Shown: positions 10,334 to 20,975 of the stretch, piece by piece | Position numbering within the stretch: position 1 is the stretch's first letter | Layout of the letters: each line of letters starts with the position of its first letter | The notes under the pieces: model-generated | Told to the model about the DNA's origin: nothing | The model's input: only the letters and a program-made list of their open reading frames with translations | Databases searched by the model: none | Translations under genes and position numbers: made by a program | From: a virus | Strand: one strand, 5' to 3' | IMG/VR virus record: IMGVR_UViG_3300044568_003939 | DNA length: 64,000 bases

Positions 10334-10870
10334 ATGGCTGGAATCGAAGATTTTAAATCAAAACTAACAGGCGGTGGAGCTCGTCCAAACTTGTTTAGAG
10401 TAGTATTAGCATGGCCTGGTGCATCTAGTCTTGATCAAGAAAAAGCAAGCTTCTTGATTAAAGGTGCGGGATTGCCTGCAAGTACAATTGGTACTGTTGA
10501 AGTACCATTCCGCGGTCGCAAATTAAAAATTGCAGGTGACCGTACATTTGAAACATGGACCATTACTGTTATCAATGATAACAATATGACCATTCGTACT
10601 GCATTTGAAAATTGGATGAATCTCATCAATGCTCATAGCGAAAATGTATCGGCCTACAGCGGCGGAAATTCATTAGGCTACATGGCACAAATGCAAGTTC
10701 AACAACTCGACCGCAGTGAAAACGTATTGAAAGAATACACATTCATTGGCGCATATCCAATCAACATAAGTCAAATTGAGCTTAGTTATGATACAACGGA
10801 TGCCATTGAAGAGTTCACTGTCGAAATGAATTATCACTACTGGACTGATATTGTAAATAACATTATCTAA
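10334..10870 (+). CDS. 19: tail tube protein gp19
   Basis: GGGARPNLF and FRGRKLKIAGDRTFETW motifs. Confidence 0.96.
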   Translation: MAGIEDFKSKLTGGGARPNLFRVVLAWPGASSLDQEKASFLIKGAGLPASTIGTVEVPFRGRKLKIAGDRTFETWTITVINDNNMTIRTAFENWMNLINAHSENVSAYSGGNSLGYMAQMQVQQLDRSENVLKEYTFIGAYPINISQIELSYDTTDAIEEFTVEMNYHYWTDIVNNII

Positions 10871-10888
10871 ACCATAAAGTGTTTACCT

Positions 10889-10922
10889 GAGCAGGAGCAT
10901 GTATATATGTGCTCCTGCTCTT
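10889..10922 (+). terminator. hairpin / probable terminator after gene 19
   Basis: Inverted repeat GAGCAGGAGCA...TGCTCCTGCTC. Confidence 0.6.
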
Positions 10923-10938
10923 ATTATATATAAACTAT

Positions 10939-12486
10939 ATGAAAATATTTGGATTTGAAATAACCAAGCGCTTAAGTAAAGATGCACCAGAAGATAAAGA
11001 TTCTTTGCAAAGCTTTGCTTTACCGGTTGACAATGAAGGTGCAGCATATGTTAGTGCTGCAAACAGTGCTGCTGGTTATTACGGTCAGATTCTTGATATT
11101 GATGGTGGTAGTCTAAACAACGAAAAGGATCTTATCTTACGCTATCGTGCTAGTGCAGTTCAACCTGAATGCGATGCAGCCATCACGGAAATTGTAAATG
11201 GAGCAATTGTAAATGATAGTGACGGCGCACCGGTCAATTTGATTCTTGATAATGTTGAACTAGCTGATAATATTAAGAAAAAAATTCATGAAGAATTCTC
11301 TAATATTCTTCAACTATTAGATTTTACTTATACAGGCTTTGACCTGTTTCGCCGTTGGTATATTGATGGGCGTATATATTTTTACATGATTATGGATCCC
11401 AAAAAGCCTAAGGAAGGCATCAAAGAGATTCAACAAATTGATCCGCTAAAGATCAAAAAGATTAAAGAAGTTAGTACTCGTATTGATAAAGCTACCGGCA
11501 TCAAGACGAGCGAAATCACTGATGAATACTTTTTGTATACTGATGATTTTAATAACAATGCCGGCATGAACGGATTAAAGATTGATCCTAATGCTATTGT
11601 ATATGTACCAAGTGGAGTATTGGATGAAAACGGAAAAGTTAGTATCAGTCACCTGCACAAAGCCGTTAAACTAGTGAATCAACTGCGCATGATGGAAGAT
11701 GCATTGGTCATCTATCGTATTGCGCGCGCACCTGAGCGCCGTATTTTCTATATTGATATTGGTAACCTTCCAAAAGGTAAAGCCGAAGAATATGTACAAG
11801 GCATTATGGCCAAGTACCGCAACAAGCTGATGTATGACGCCAACACTGGTGAAATACGTGATGATCGCAAGACCATGAGTATGCTTGAAGACTTTTGGCT
11901 CCCGCGTCGTGAAGGTGGCCGAGGTACCGAAATTACAACACTACCAGGTGGTGAAAACCTTAGTCAAATTGAAGATGTTATCTACTTTAAGAAAAATCTT
12001 TACAAGTCACTAAATGTTCCATCAAGCCGTCTTGAGAGCGAAACCATGTTTAATGTTGGTCGCAGCACTGAGATTAACCGTGAAGAAGTTAAATTCCAAA
12101 AGTTTATCAACCGTCTTCGCCGCAAGTTTAGTACATTGTTTATTGACATGCTGCGCGTTCAATTGATTCTTAAAGGAATTATTACGCAGGATGATTGGAA
12201 TCATATACGTCAAAACAGTAGCATTGACTATATTGAAGACAACTTCTTTAGCGAACTCAAGGACTTTGAAATTATGAAAGAGCGCCTTGAAATGTTGGGA
12301 AGCATTGAAGGTCAGATTGGCAAATACTACAGTGAAAAGTGGGTACGCTCAAATATTCTAAATCAGAGTGAAGATGAGGTTGAAAAGATGAATGAGCAAA
12401 TTAAACTTGAAGCAGCTGAAGCAGAAGCTGGGGCTCCTGCAGATGGAGAAGGCGATGGCCCTGATACTGCAGATTTTGGCGCTTAA
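10939..12486 (+). CDS. 20: portal protein gp20
   Basis: RAPERRIFYIDIGNLPK and EDFWLPRREGGRGTEITTLPGG motifs; ATG at 10939. Confidence 0.97.
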   Translation: MKIFGFEITKRLSKDAPEDKDSLQSFALPVDNEGAAYVSAANSAAGYYGQILDIDGGSLNNEKDLILRYRASAVQPECDAAITEIVNGAIVNDSDGAPVNLILDNVELADNIKKKIHEEFSNILQLLDFTYTGFDLFRRWYIDGRIYFYMIMDPKKPKEGIKEIQQIDPLKIKKIKEVSTRIDKATGIKTSEITDEYFLYTDDFNNNAGMNGLKIDPNAIVYVPSGVLDENGKVSISHLHKAVKLVNQLRMMEDALVIYRIARAPERRIFYIDIGNLPKGKAEEYVQGIMAKYRNKLMYDANTGEIRDDRKTMSMLEDFWLPRREGGRGTEITTLPGGENLSQIEDVIYFKKNLYKSLNVPSSRLESETMFNVGRSTEINREEVKFQKFINRLRRKFSTLFIDMLRVQLILKGIITQDDWNHIRQNSSIDYIEDNFFSELKDFEIMKERLEMLGSIEGQIGKYYSEKWVRSNILNQSEDEVEKMNEQIKLEAAEAEAGAPADGEGDGPDTADFGA

Positions 12487-12517
12487 TTAAACAAAGAAAA
12501 ATATAAATAAATACCGT

Positions 12518-12991
12518 ATGAGTAACATTAAAAATTTTATAAAAAGCATTGCATCTGGTAATACAGCTGCAAGTGCATCGTCGTTGCAGTCACTAATCAT
12601 TGATAAAGTTAAGACTGTTCTTGACATCAAAAGAATTGAATTGAGTGCTAGCATTTACGATCAACCAAAAATTACCGAAAGCATTGTATCCGAGGCCATG
12701 GTGAAAAACACAAAAAAGTTTGACTATGCGCATGGTTTAGCAATTGAACGTAAAGACCCAAAATTCCGTGAAGCACAAGGCGAAATTTACCGCGCACTTG
12801 ATGATGAAGACAAACGTGCGCTTTCACGCATTATTCAAATTGATACACGTGATGACGACGGTAAGCAATTTGAAAAAGAAATTCGCATGCTATACACAAA
12901 GCTGATGAAAAAGTTTAAGAATGTTAGCGTATCTGATGGAGGTAATCCAAAGGTCTATGATGCACTAAACTATGTGCTTGATAAAATATAA
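12518..12991 (+). CDS. putative prohead core protein (gp67/gp68 position)
   Basis: Lies between portal and protease; late promoter at 12502-12509. Confidence 0.55.
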   Translation: MSNIKNFIKSIASGNTAASASSLQSLIIDKVKTVLDIKRIELSASIYDQPKITESIVSEAMVKNTKKFDYAHGLAIERKDPKFREAQGEIYRALDDEDKRALSRIIQIDTRDDDGKQFEKEIRMLYTKLMKKFKNVSVSDGGNPKVYDALNYVLDKI

Positions 12992-13017
12992 GTTTATATA
13001 AATAAACTATTATCAAT

Positions 13018-13662
13018 ATGAAGTTAATTACTGAACATTTAGAGGATTTAAATTATCTAGTTGAGTCCGCTGCAGATGGCAGTAAGAACTATGTTATTGA
13101 AGGGATATTCATGCAGGCTGAGCAGCTTAATCGCAATCGCCGTGTATATCCAAAAACAGTTTTAGAAGGAGCAGTTGCAAAGTATGTAACTGACTATGTT
13201 AATCGTGGACGAGCTGTTGGTGAATTGAATCACCCAGAAGGCCCTGCGATTAACCTCGATAAAGTTTCGCATCGCATTACCGCTCTCAAGTGGAATGGTA
13301 ATGATGTTGTTGGAAAAGCACTCATCCTGAATACGCCAATGGGTAAAATTGTGAAAGGACTATTGGAAGGCGGATGTCAGTTGGGTGTTTCAAGCCGTGG
13401 TATGGGAACCGTTGCAAGCAAGAATGGTCAAACAGTTGTCAATGAAGACTTCGTGTTGTCCACAGTTGATATTGTGCAAGATCCAAGTGCTCCGTCCGCT
13501 TTTGTGAACGGCATTATGGAAGGCGTAGAATGGATCTGGGATAACGGACTACTTAAGCCGCAACAAATTGAAATGTATGAGACAGAAATTAAGAAGACCT
13601 CTTCTGCCAAATTGGCTGAAGCTCAGGAACGTATCTTCAAAGATTTCCTCTCCAAACTCTAA
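13018..13662 (+). CDS. 21: prohead protease gp21
   Basis: GELNHP, GVSSRGMG and DIVQDPSAP motifs. Confidence 0.96.
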   Translation: MKLITEHLEDLNYLVESAADGSKNYVIEGIFMQAEQLNRNRRVYPKTVLEGAVAKYVTDYVNRGRAVGELNHPEGPAINLDKVSHRITALKWNGNDVVGKALILNTPMGKIVKGLLEGGCQLGVSSRGMGTVASKNGQTVVNEDFVLSTVDIVQDPSAPSAFVNGIMEGVEWIWDNGLLKPQQIEMYETEIKKTSSAKLAEAQERIFKDFLSKL

Positions 13663-13684
13663 ACAAAATAAAGTAATATAACTC

Positions 13685-14800
13685 ATGAAAACAAAACAAG
13701 AAACAATTGAAGATGATATCATTGAAGATATCAGCGAAGAAACATTACTTTCTCTTGACGAAACTTTAGAGGCGGACGCGGAATCAACTGAGATCGCTGA
13801 AGCTAAAGTTAAGGAAGAAGAAGAAGATGAAGATGATATGGAAGATGCTGATGAAATGGAAGAAGCAATGGATAAAGTTGGTAAAGAAGATGACGACGTT
13901 GATAACGACGGTGATTCCGATGAGACTGACGAATATCTAAAGAATCGCCGCAAGAAAATTTCAGCAGCTATTGAAAAGCAAAATGAAGAAGTTGAACTTG
14001 AAGAAACTCCTGTTGTTAAAGAACAACTTGCAGTTGACTCAAGCGACATTACGCAATTGGTTGAAAGCGAAGCTGGACTAACTGAAGAATTCAAAGAAAA
14101 AGCAACGCTTATTTTTGAAACTGCAGTTCGCTCTAAAGTTGCTGAAGCTGAAGCAACACTTAAGGAAGAATATGCAACACGTTTGACAGAAGAAGTTGAA
14201 AGCATTCATGAAGACTTGGTCGAAAAGATCGACGGTTATTTAACGTATGCAGTTGAAAGCTGGGTAGCTGACAATAAAGTTGCAGTTGAAAGTACATTGC
14301 GTACTGAGATTGCAGAAAACTTTATCACTTCTCTTAAGAGCGTATTTGTTGAAAACTATATTGACGTACCTGAAGGTAAGACAGATATGGTTGCTGAAAT
14401 GGAAACCAAGTTGAGCGAAACTCAAGAGCAAGCTGCAAAGCTTGAGCGTATTGCTGAGAGCCTTGCTGAGAAAGTTGAAACACTGTCTCGCGCAAATGTT
14501 CTTGCCGAAACTACTCGTGACCTTGCTGATACTCAAGTTGCCAAATTGCAAGCATTATCCGAAGATGTCGAATATGTTGATACAGATTCATTCCGTAAGA
14601 AAATTGAAACTCTCAAAGAGTTTTATATCAATAGCCGTCAAAACGTTGAAGAAGAAACCATTGAAGAATCTTCATACATCAGTACAGAAACTATCATCGA
14701 AAACGAAACCTTTGGTGAAGAAGTTTCACCAAGTATGCAACAATATTTAACCGCAATATCTCGCCTCAACAATGCGCAAACTGCAAACACTGTTAGCTGA
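13685..14800 (+). CDS. 22: prohead scaffold gp22
   Basis: Acidic coiled coil with FKEKATLIFETAV; directly upstream of the capsid gene. Confidence 0.9.
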   Translation: MKTKQETIEDDIIEDISEETLLSLDETLEADAESTEIAEAKVKEEEEDEDDMEDADEMEEAMDKVGKEDDDVDNDGDSDETDEYLKNRRKKISAAIEKQNEEVELEETPVVKEQLAVDSSDITQLVESEAGLTEEFKEKATLIFETAVRSKVAEAEATLKEEYATRLTEEVESIHEDLVEKIDGYLTYAVESWVADNKVAVESTLRTEIAENFITSLKSVFVENYIDVPEGKTDMVAEMETKLSETQEQAAKLERIAESLAEKVETLSRANVLAETTRDLADTQVAKLQALSEDVEYVDTDSFRKKIETLKEFYINSRQNVEEETIEESSYISTETIIENETFGEEVSPSMQQYLTAISRLNNAQTANTVS

Positions 14801-14845
14801 TACACGGTTCCCAAAAAACAAACAACAACCTAGAAAATAACTATT

Positions 14846-16231
14846 ATGTTTAATTCAGAACAACTACAAAAGAAATGGGCTCCAATCTTGGAAGCCAAAG
14901 ACGCTCCTTCATTCAAGGACAACTATCGTAAAGCAATCACTGCAGTTCTCCTTGAAAACCAAGAGAAAGCACTTCGCGAAGAAAATGCACAATCATCATT
15001 CCTCAACGAAGGAAACAGCATTGGAGCCGGAACTGGCGCAGTTAAGACCTGGGATCCAGTTCTTATCAGCCTTGTTCGTCGTTCAATGCCTAACATCGTT
15101 GCTTATGACATTGCTGGTGTTCAACCAATGACCATGCCTACTGGCTTGATCTTTGCAATGCGCTCGCAATATCAAAATGCTGCTGGCACAAACACTGCTG
15201 AAGCTCTTTTCAACAAGCCTGCAACTAACTTCTCTGGAAGTGTTACTACGGCTCAAGGAGAAGCACTTACTGGCAATGGTGTTGATGGTAACTACTCTGA
15301 CCCAGGTGGTTTTGGTATTGGTGCAACTGCAGCTGTTACTGTTAGCATTGGCCGCACAACCGGTTCTTCTGGTTTTGGTCAAATGGGCTTCACTGTTGAC
15401 AAGACCACTGTTACTGCTAAGACACGCGCTCTTAAAGCAGAATACACAATGGAACTTGCTCAAGACCTTAAGGCTGTTCACGGCCTTGATGCAGAAGCTG
15501 AACTTGCAAATATCCTCTCTGTTGAAATCCTTGCAGAAATCAACCGTGAAGTTATTGAAACTGTTAATCTTAAGGCACAAGTTGGTGGTATTCGCAACGT
15601 AATCCTTGCTGGTGCATCTGGTGGTGCTGGTACTGCAACTGTTTCGGCTACTGCAAGCGGTGCATTTGATATTAATGAAGATGCAGACGGCCGTTGGGCT
15701 GTTGAGAAGTTCAAATCACTTCTTTTCCAAATTGAAATTGAAGCCAACTACATTGCAAAAGCAACACGTCGTGGTAAAGGTAACATCGTTATTTGCTCAA
15801 GTAACATTGCATCTGCTCTTGCAGCTGCTGGTGTTCTTGACTATTCCCCAGCGCTTTCAACCAACCTGAATGTTGATGACACAGGTAACGTATTTGCTGG
15901 TGTTCTTAACGGACGCATGAAGGTGTTCATCGACCCATTCGCTGACACTGATTATGTGACTGTTGGTTATCGTGGAACCAATGCATATGATGCAGGTATC
16001 TTCTATTGCCCATATGTTCCATTGACAATGGTTCGTGCCGTTGATCCTAACACCTTCCAACCAAAGATTGGTTTCAAGACACGTTATGGTCTCGTTGCTA
16101 ACCCATTTGCATGTTTGCCAGGTGCAACTGACTCGCTTGGAGTTGATGGTCAAAACCCATACTTCCGTAAGTTCACAGTTACCGGTCTCGGCGGTGGATC
16201 TTATATCCCAACTGAACAATACGCTTCATAA
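14846..16231 (+). CDS. 23: major capsid protein gp23
   Basis: GVQPMTMPTGLIFAMR, RALKAEYTMELAQDLKAVHGLDAE and FQPKIGFKTRYG motifs. Confidence 0.98.
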   Translation: MFNSEQLQKKWAPILEAKDAPSFKDNYRKAITAVLLENQEKALREENAQSSFLNEGNSIGAGTGAVKTWDPVLISLVRRSMPNIVAYDIAGVQPMTMPTGLIFAMRSQYQNAAGTNTAEALFNKPATNFSGSVTTAQGEALTGNGVDGNYSDPGGFGIGATAAVTVSIGRTTGSSGFGQMGFTVDKTTVTAKTRALKAEYTMELAQDLKAVHGLDAEAELANILSVEILAEINREVIETVNLKAQVGGIRNVILAGASGGAGTATVSATASGAFDINEDADGRWAVEKFKSLLFQIEIEANYIAKATRRGKGNIVICSSNIASALAAAGVLDYSPALSTNLNVDDTGNVFAGVLNGRMKVFIDPFADTDYVTVGYRGTNAYDAGIFYCPYVPLTMVRAVDPNTFQPKIGFKTRYGLVANPFACLPGATDSLGVDGQNPYFRKFTVTGLGGGSYIPTEQYAS

Positions 16232-16258
16232 GTTGGAGTAATCCCTTTAGGGAATCGT

Positions 16259-16292
16259 AAGGTGGGCAATCGAAAGGTTGCCCACCTTTTTT
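16259..16292 (+). terminator. rho-independent terminator after gene 23
   Basis: AAGGTGGGCAATC-GAAA-GGTTGCCCACCTT followed by a T run. Confidence 0.9.
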
Positions 16293-16314
16293 ACTTTAAT
16301 AAATACCTTATAAT

Positions 16315-16767
16315 ATGGCTACCAATTTATTATCATTGACTGGGTTTAAGATGCAGTTTAATACTGACCAGTTTTCTATGTGTGAGCGTCTTGCAGTATC
16401 AGCTTCTTTTCCAAGCATAAGCGTTAGTGAAGTTGCTATCAACTTCTCCAACAAAGCAGGCTATGTTAGCAGCGGATTCCTTGAGTATGGAGAGTTGAGC
16501 GTACGCATTGCTGTTGATGAAGCGCTAGGTGTATATGAAGAATTATACAATTGGATAAAGCGCAACAGTGAAGGAGCAGCATTAGAAACATATGGTCTTG
16601 TATTAAACTTTGTCACAAGTCATTTTAATGTATCACGCAGTGTGAGTTTTAACAGTGTATTTGCTAGCAGCATCAGTGGTATAGAATTAAACGCTCAGGC
16701 TACAGATGTAGAGTATGCATATATTGATGTGACATTTAAATATGACAGCTTTGATTTCCTAGATTAA
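16315..16767 (+). CDS. tail completion protein gp3-like
   Basis: NLLSLTGFK...VTFKY pattern and synteny (23-3-uvsY-uvsW). Confidence 0.7.
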   Translation: MATNLLSLTGFKMQFNTDQFSMCERLAVSASFPSISVSEVAINFSNKAGYVSSGFLEYGELSVRIAVDEALGVYEELYNWIKRNSEGAALETYGLVLNFVTSHFNVSRSVSFNSVFASSISGIELNAQATDVEYAYIDVTFKYDSFDFLD

Positions 16768-16791
16768 AAACGTATAAATCAATCTAGAACA

Positions 16792-17238
16792 ATGACTCTA
16801 GATGATATATTAAAAATGTGGGCTGAGGACATCAAGATTGATGAAGTTAATCTTGATGTTACTAGTATGAAGAGTGCTCAGTTGCACTCAAAATATCTTG
16901 AGCTATACAGCTTAAGTAAATTGCAATTTAAAAAAGGTGAATTGGGTATGGCTGTTCTTAAAAAAGATAAATGGTTATACTATAACGGCAAGATGAGTAA
17001 AGAAGATATGGACAGCCGTGGATGGAATTACGATCCTTTTGCTGGAATGGCCAAACCGCTTAAAAGTGATATGGATCTTTTTTATGAAACTGATGCTGAC
17101 ATTAGCAAACTTCGCATGAAGTTGGACTATCAGCAGGTTATTGTTGATAGTCTTAAAGATATTCTTGACAACATCAAATGGCGTCACTCACATATTAAAA
17201 ATATTTTGGATTTTCGAAGATTCACTGCAGGAGTTTGA
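16792..17238 (+). CDS. uvsY: recombination mediator UvsY
   Basis: LHSKYLELY, KWLYYNGK and IKNILDFRRF motifs. Confidence 0.85.
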   Translation: MTLDDILKMWAEDIKIDEVNLDVTSMKSAQLHSKYLELYSLSKLQFKKGELGMAVLKKDKWLYYNGKMSKEDMDSRGWNYDPFAGMAKPLKSDMDLFYETDADISKLRMKLDYQQVIVDSLKDILDNIKWRHSHIKNILDFRRFTAGV

Positions 17239-17239
17239 T

Positions 17240-18739
17240 ATGGCTGACATTACCGTAAAGAAAGTAAATGAGTGCACTCTAAAAATTTGGAGTGATGACC
17301 ATGGTATACTCATGGAAGCGCAAGAATACTTTACTTTTTTTGCTGAAGGTTACAAATATATGGTGGCATTTAAAAATCGCATGTGGGATGGGCGGGTAAG
17401 ACTCTTGGATATGCGTAGCCACACATTACCGTATGGACTCCTGTTGGAATTGCTTAAGTTTGCAGATGCTCGCAAATATACCGTAGAACTTGATCGTGAT
17501 ATACGTGATCGCACTCCTCAAAATAAAACAGGATTGGTTGACTATGCAAAAAGTCTAACTCTAATGGGTGGAGCATCCCGCATTGAGGCCCGTGACTATC
17601 AATTGGCCGCCTACTCGCACGCATTATGCGAAGGGCGCAGTTTGGTTATCAGTCCAACTGGCAGCGGCAAGAGTTTAATTATCTACATGATGATACGTTG
17701 GTATCTTGATAATCATGATGATAGTATATTGATTGTGGTTCCCACAACAAGTTTGGTTGAGCAGCTGACAAAAGACTTTGCAGATTATAGCAGTGCAGAT
17801 GATGGCTTTGATGCTGACATTGATGTTCATAAAATTTACAGTGGCAAAGAAAAAAATAACTTTGAATCACGCGTAGTAGTTACCACATGGCAAAGCGCCA
17901 TCACATTGCCTAAGAGTTGGTTTGCAAAGTATGGCATGGTTGTAGGCGATGAAGCGCATCTATTTAAAGCAAAGAGTCTTAATGCTATTATGAGTGCGCT
18001 AGTGAATGCAAGCTACCGCATTGGTACAACTGGAACTATCGACAACAGTCAGTGTAATGAATTGGTGCTGGTTGGCAACTTTGGGCCTGTGCATCGTGTT
18101 ATTACAACAAAAGAATTGATTGACAGCAATACTCTTGCAGCTCTCAAAATCAAATGTATTGTATTGAATCACACTGAAGAGTTGAAAAAGATTGTCAGTA
18201 AGTTGGACTATCAGGCTGAAATCAATGCTATTGTAAGTCACGCTGGTCGCAATGCTTTTATTACTCGTCTTGCATTGGATCAAAAAGGTAATACGCTGGT
18301 GTTGTTTAACCTGGTTGCCAAACATGGCAAACCATTGTATGAGGCTATTCGCGCAGCTGCAGCGCCTGAGCGCAAAGTATTTTATGTAAGCGGAGAAGTT
18401 AATGCAACAGACCGTGAAACCATTCGAGAAATCACTGAACAGCAAACAGATGCAATTATTGTGGCCAGCATTGGGACCTTTAGTGTAGGGATAAATATTC
18501 GCAATCTCCACCAGATTGTTTTTGCTGCACCAACAAAGAGTCAGATACGTGTACTGCAAAGCATTGGCCGCGGACTACGAAAAAGTGATGATGGCCGAGG
18601 ATGCACAGTGTATGATATATCAGACAACTTTAGCTGGAAGAAGAAAAAGAACTACACCATGAATCATGCTATTGATCGTGTCAAGATATATAATAAAGAA
18701 GGTTTTGAATACAAGATTTATGAAATTGAACTGCCATGA
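17240..18739 (+). CDS. uvsW: SF2 helicase UvsW
   Basis: SPTGSGKS, GDEAH and QSIGRGLR motifs; ATG at 17240. Confidence 0.95.
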   Translation: MADITVKKVNECTLKIWSDDHGILMEAQEYFTFFAEGYKYMVAFKNRMWDGRVRLLDMRSHTLPYGLLLELLKFADARKYTVELDRDIRDRTPQNKTGLVDYAKSLTLMGGASRIEARDYQLAAYSHALCEGRSLVISPTGSGKSLIIYMMIRWYLDNHDDSILIVVPTTSLVEQLTKDFADYSSADDGFDADIDVHKIYSGKEKNNFESRVVVTTWQSAITLPKSWFAKYGMVVGDEAHLFKAKSLNAIMSALVNASYRIGTTGTIDNSQCNELVLVGNFGPVHRVITTKELIDSNTLAALKIKCIVLNHTEELKKIVSKLDYQAEINAIVSHAGRNAFITRLALDQKGNTLVLFNLVAKHGKPLYEAIRAAAAPERKVFYVSGEVNATDRETIREITEQQTDAIIVASIGTFSVGINIRNLHQIVFAAPTKSQIRVLQSIGRGLRKSDDGRGCTVYDISDNFSWKKKKNYTMNHAIDRVKIYNKEGFEYKIYEIELP

Positions 18740-19158
18740 ATAATACCATCGACACCCTCGAGCATCTAGACATTCGTGTATACAACACAGTTAGCGGTCG
18801 ACAACTGATTGGGGAATTTCAGGAGCTGTATGATGATACGATTCTACTTAATAGTCCACTTGAAATGGTACGAGTACAGGTGCAGCAAGGTATTGGCGTT
18901 CGTATGGTGAATGCAGTACCACAAAATGAAGGTGAGCCAATGAGCCTTTACTTGCATGCAGTAGAAAGCGAATCCTTCGCTTCTGACGTTCTTAAGGAAT
19001 CATATTATAAACAACTGGTGATTGATCGAATCTCGTCGTTATTTACAGAATCGTATGAGAATGGAATCAAAGGCGATGAGCAAACCTTAACTGACCTTGA
19101 TCCTCCAGATTCATTTAAGCATGATTGGAATGGATCAGCAGACCGATGGAAGAATTGA
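18736..19158 (+). CDS. hypothetical protein
   Basis: ORF coupled to uvsW. Confidence 0.6.
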   Translation: MNNTIDTLEHLDIRVYNTVSGRQLIGEFQELYDDTILLNSPLEMVRVQVQQGIGVRMVNAVPQNEGEPMSLYLHAVESESFASDVLKESYYKQLVIDRISSLFTESYENGIKGDEQTLTDLDPPDSFKHDWNGSADRWKN

Positions 19159-19276
19159 TTGTTTAGCGGTTGTTCTATTAGTATTATAACAAGAGTGAAT
19201 AGTCTTGTAAATAACAAAATGCATTTCCATAGAAAAAAGTTGTTTACATTACTTTAAATTTTGTTATAATATACTT

Positions 19277-19894
19277 ATGCAGATTGAAAAACCAAAAAGA
19301 AAAAGTCGTGGTACCGACTATGTTAATAACGCAATATTTAGTGAAGAGGTTATGACATATGTAAACAGCGTGACTACCGCTAAAGAAGCGGGAACCGAGC
19401 CACCCAACATTCCCAATGATATTGGTGAAGCATTCATGAAAATTTGTAATGGCCTAGCACGCAGCCCAAGTTTCATGAATTACAGTTACCGTGAAGATAT
19501 GGTTATGGATGCAGTAGAAAATTGCGTTAAAGCAATTATGAATTATGATGTTACTAAAACTACTCGCACAGGCGCACCCAATGCTTTTAGTTACTTTACA
19601 CAAATTGCATACTTTGCTTTCCTCCGACGTATTGCTAAGGAAAAAAAGCAAACCACAATCAAGCAACTTTTGATTGAAAAAGGTGGGATTGGTATGTTTG
19701 CACAATTTGATGATGATGCATTAAATGGCGGTGAAACCATGGTTGAAAAGATTCGACAAAAAAATGATGCTTTTTACAATGTTGAGCGCTGTACTTCAAA
19801 TGGCGAAGCATTGCCTCAAAAGAAAACTGCTCCCAAAAGAGTTGCAAGTGTTAAGAAGAGTGCAGGCCCTCTTACAGATTTTTTAAATGCCTAA
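19277..19894 (+). CDS. 55: late sigma factor gp55
   Basis: YVNN, FMNYSYREDMVMDAVENC and NAFSYFTQIAYFAFLRRIAKEK motifs. Confidence 0.95.
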   Translation: MQIEKPKRKSRGTDYVNNAIFSEEVMTYVNSVTTAKEAGTEPPNIPNDIGEAFMKICNGLARSPSFMNYSYREDMVMDAVENCVKAIMNYDVTKTTRTGAPNAFSYFTQIAYFAFLRRIAKEKKQTTIKQLLIEKGGIGMFAQFDDDALNGGETMVEKIRQKNDAFYNVERCTSNGEALPQKKTAPKRVASVKKSAGPLTDFLNA

Positions 19895-20975
19895 TATGAA
19901 AATTGCAGTTCTCACGGATACCCATGCTGGCATAAAAACCGGCAGTGATATATTTCTTGACTATGCTGAGCGATTCTATAGCGAAGTATTTTTCCCGTAT
20001 TGCCTAAGGCACAACATTAAAAAGATACTTCATCTTGGAGACTATTTTGATCATCGACGCTATATCAACTATAAAGTGTTGAATCGCAATCGTGCTATGT
20101 TTATTGATAAGCTGTATGAATATGATATGCATATGGATATTATCCCAGGCAATCATGATGTGTTTTTTAAAAATACCAACAATCTATGCAGCCTCAATGA
20201 AGTATTAGGCAAGTACTCTGAAGTGGTTACTGTTCATATGGAGCCTACGGTTGTTTCGTATGGCTCATTGGACATTGCGCTGTTGCCTTGGATCAATTCA
20301 GAAAATTATGCAGAGAGTATTCGCTTCATTGAGAGCGCACCGGCGGCATGGCTTGGTAGTCACCTTGAGTTGAGTGGATTTGAAATGATGAAAGGCGCAC
20401 CGGCTACCAGTCATGGTATGGATGCTTCATTGTTTGGGCGCTATGAAACAGTAATGAGTGGGCACTATCATACCAAGAGTCAACGCGATAATATTCATTA
20501 CTTAGGAGTTGCCTTTGAACACACCTGGGCAGATTGCAATGACCCCAAGTATTGGCATGTGATTGACACTGAAACACGCGAGCTGTTGCCAATCCGCAAT
20601 GCCCTGTGTATGTTTAAAAAACTGGTATATGATGATACACCATATGATGCACCGGTTGAGGCAATCAACAGAATGGATTTTAGCGCAGTAAATGGAACCT
20701 TTATTAAAGTAATTGTTGCTGCAAAGAAAGATCCATTTGCTTTTGACAAGTACATCGATCGTATCAGCGCTCAAGAACCATTTGACCTAAAGATTGTTGA
20801 AAATTTTGCAGAGTATAATAGCGAGAACGTTCTCGATGAAGAAGTAAATGTCAGCGATACTAGCACACTATTAAATACTTATGTCGATGCAGTTGAAACT
20901 GAATTGGATAAAGGCCGCATCAAAACCAAATTGCAAGAACTCTATATTGAAGCGCAAAACGCCGATGCATTATGA
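19887..20975 (+). CDS. 47: recombination nuclease gp47 (Mre11-like)
   Basis: DTHAG, HLGDYFD, GNHD and SGHYH motifs. Confidence 0.95.
   Translation: MPNMKIAVLTDTHAGIKTGSDIFLDYAERFYSEVFFPYCLRHNIKKILHLGDYFDHRRYINYKVLNRNRAMFIDKLYEYDMHMDIIPGNHDVFFKNTNNLCSLNEVLGKYSEVVTVHMEPTVVSYGSLDIALLPWINSENYAESIRFIESAPAAWLGSHLELSGFEMMKGAPATSHGMDASLFGRYETVMSGHYHTKSQRDNIHYLGVAFEHTWADCNDPKYWHVIDTETRELLPIRNALCMFKKLVYDDTPYDAPVEAINRMDFSAVNGTFIKVIVAAKKDPFAFDKYIDRISAQEPFDLKIVENFAEYNSENVLDEEVNVSDTSTLLNTYVDAVETELDKGRIKTKLQELYIEAQNADAL

Noticed and set aside
13549-14205. Long minus-strand ORFs (also 26074-26802, 34367-35050, 48028-48660 and others)
   Set aside because: Antisense shadows of well-supported + strand genes, with no motifs or promoters.
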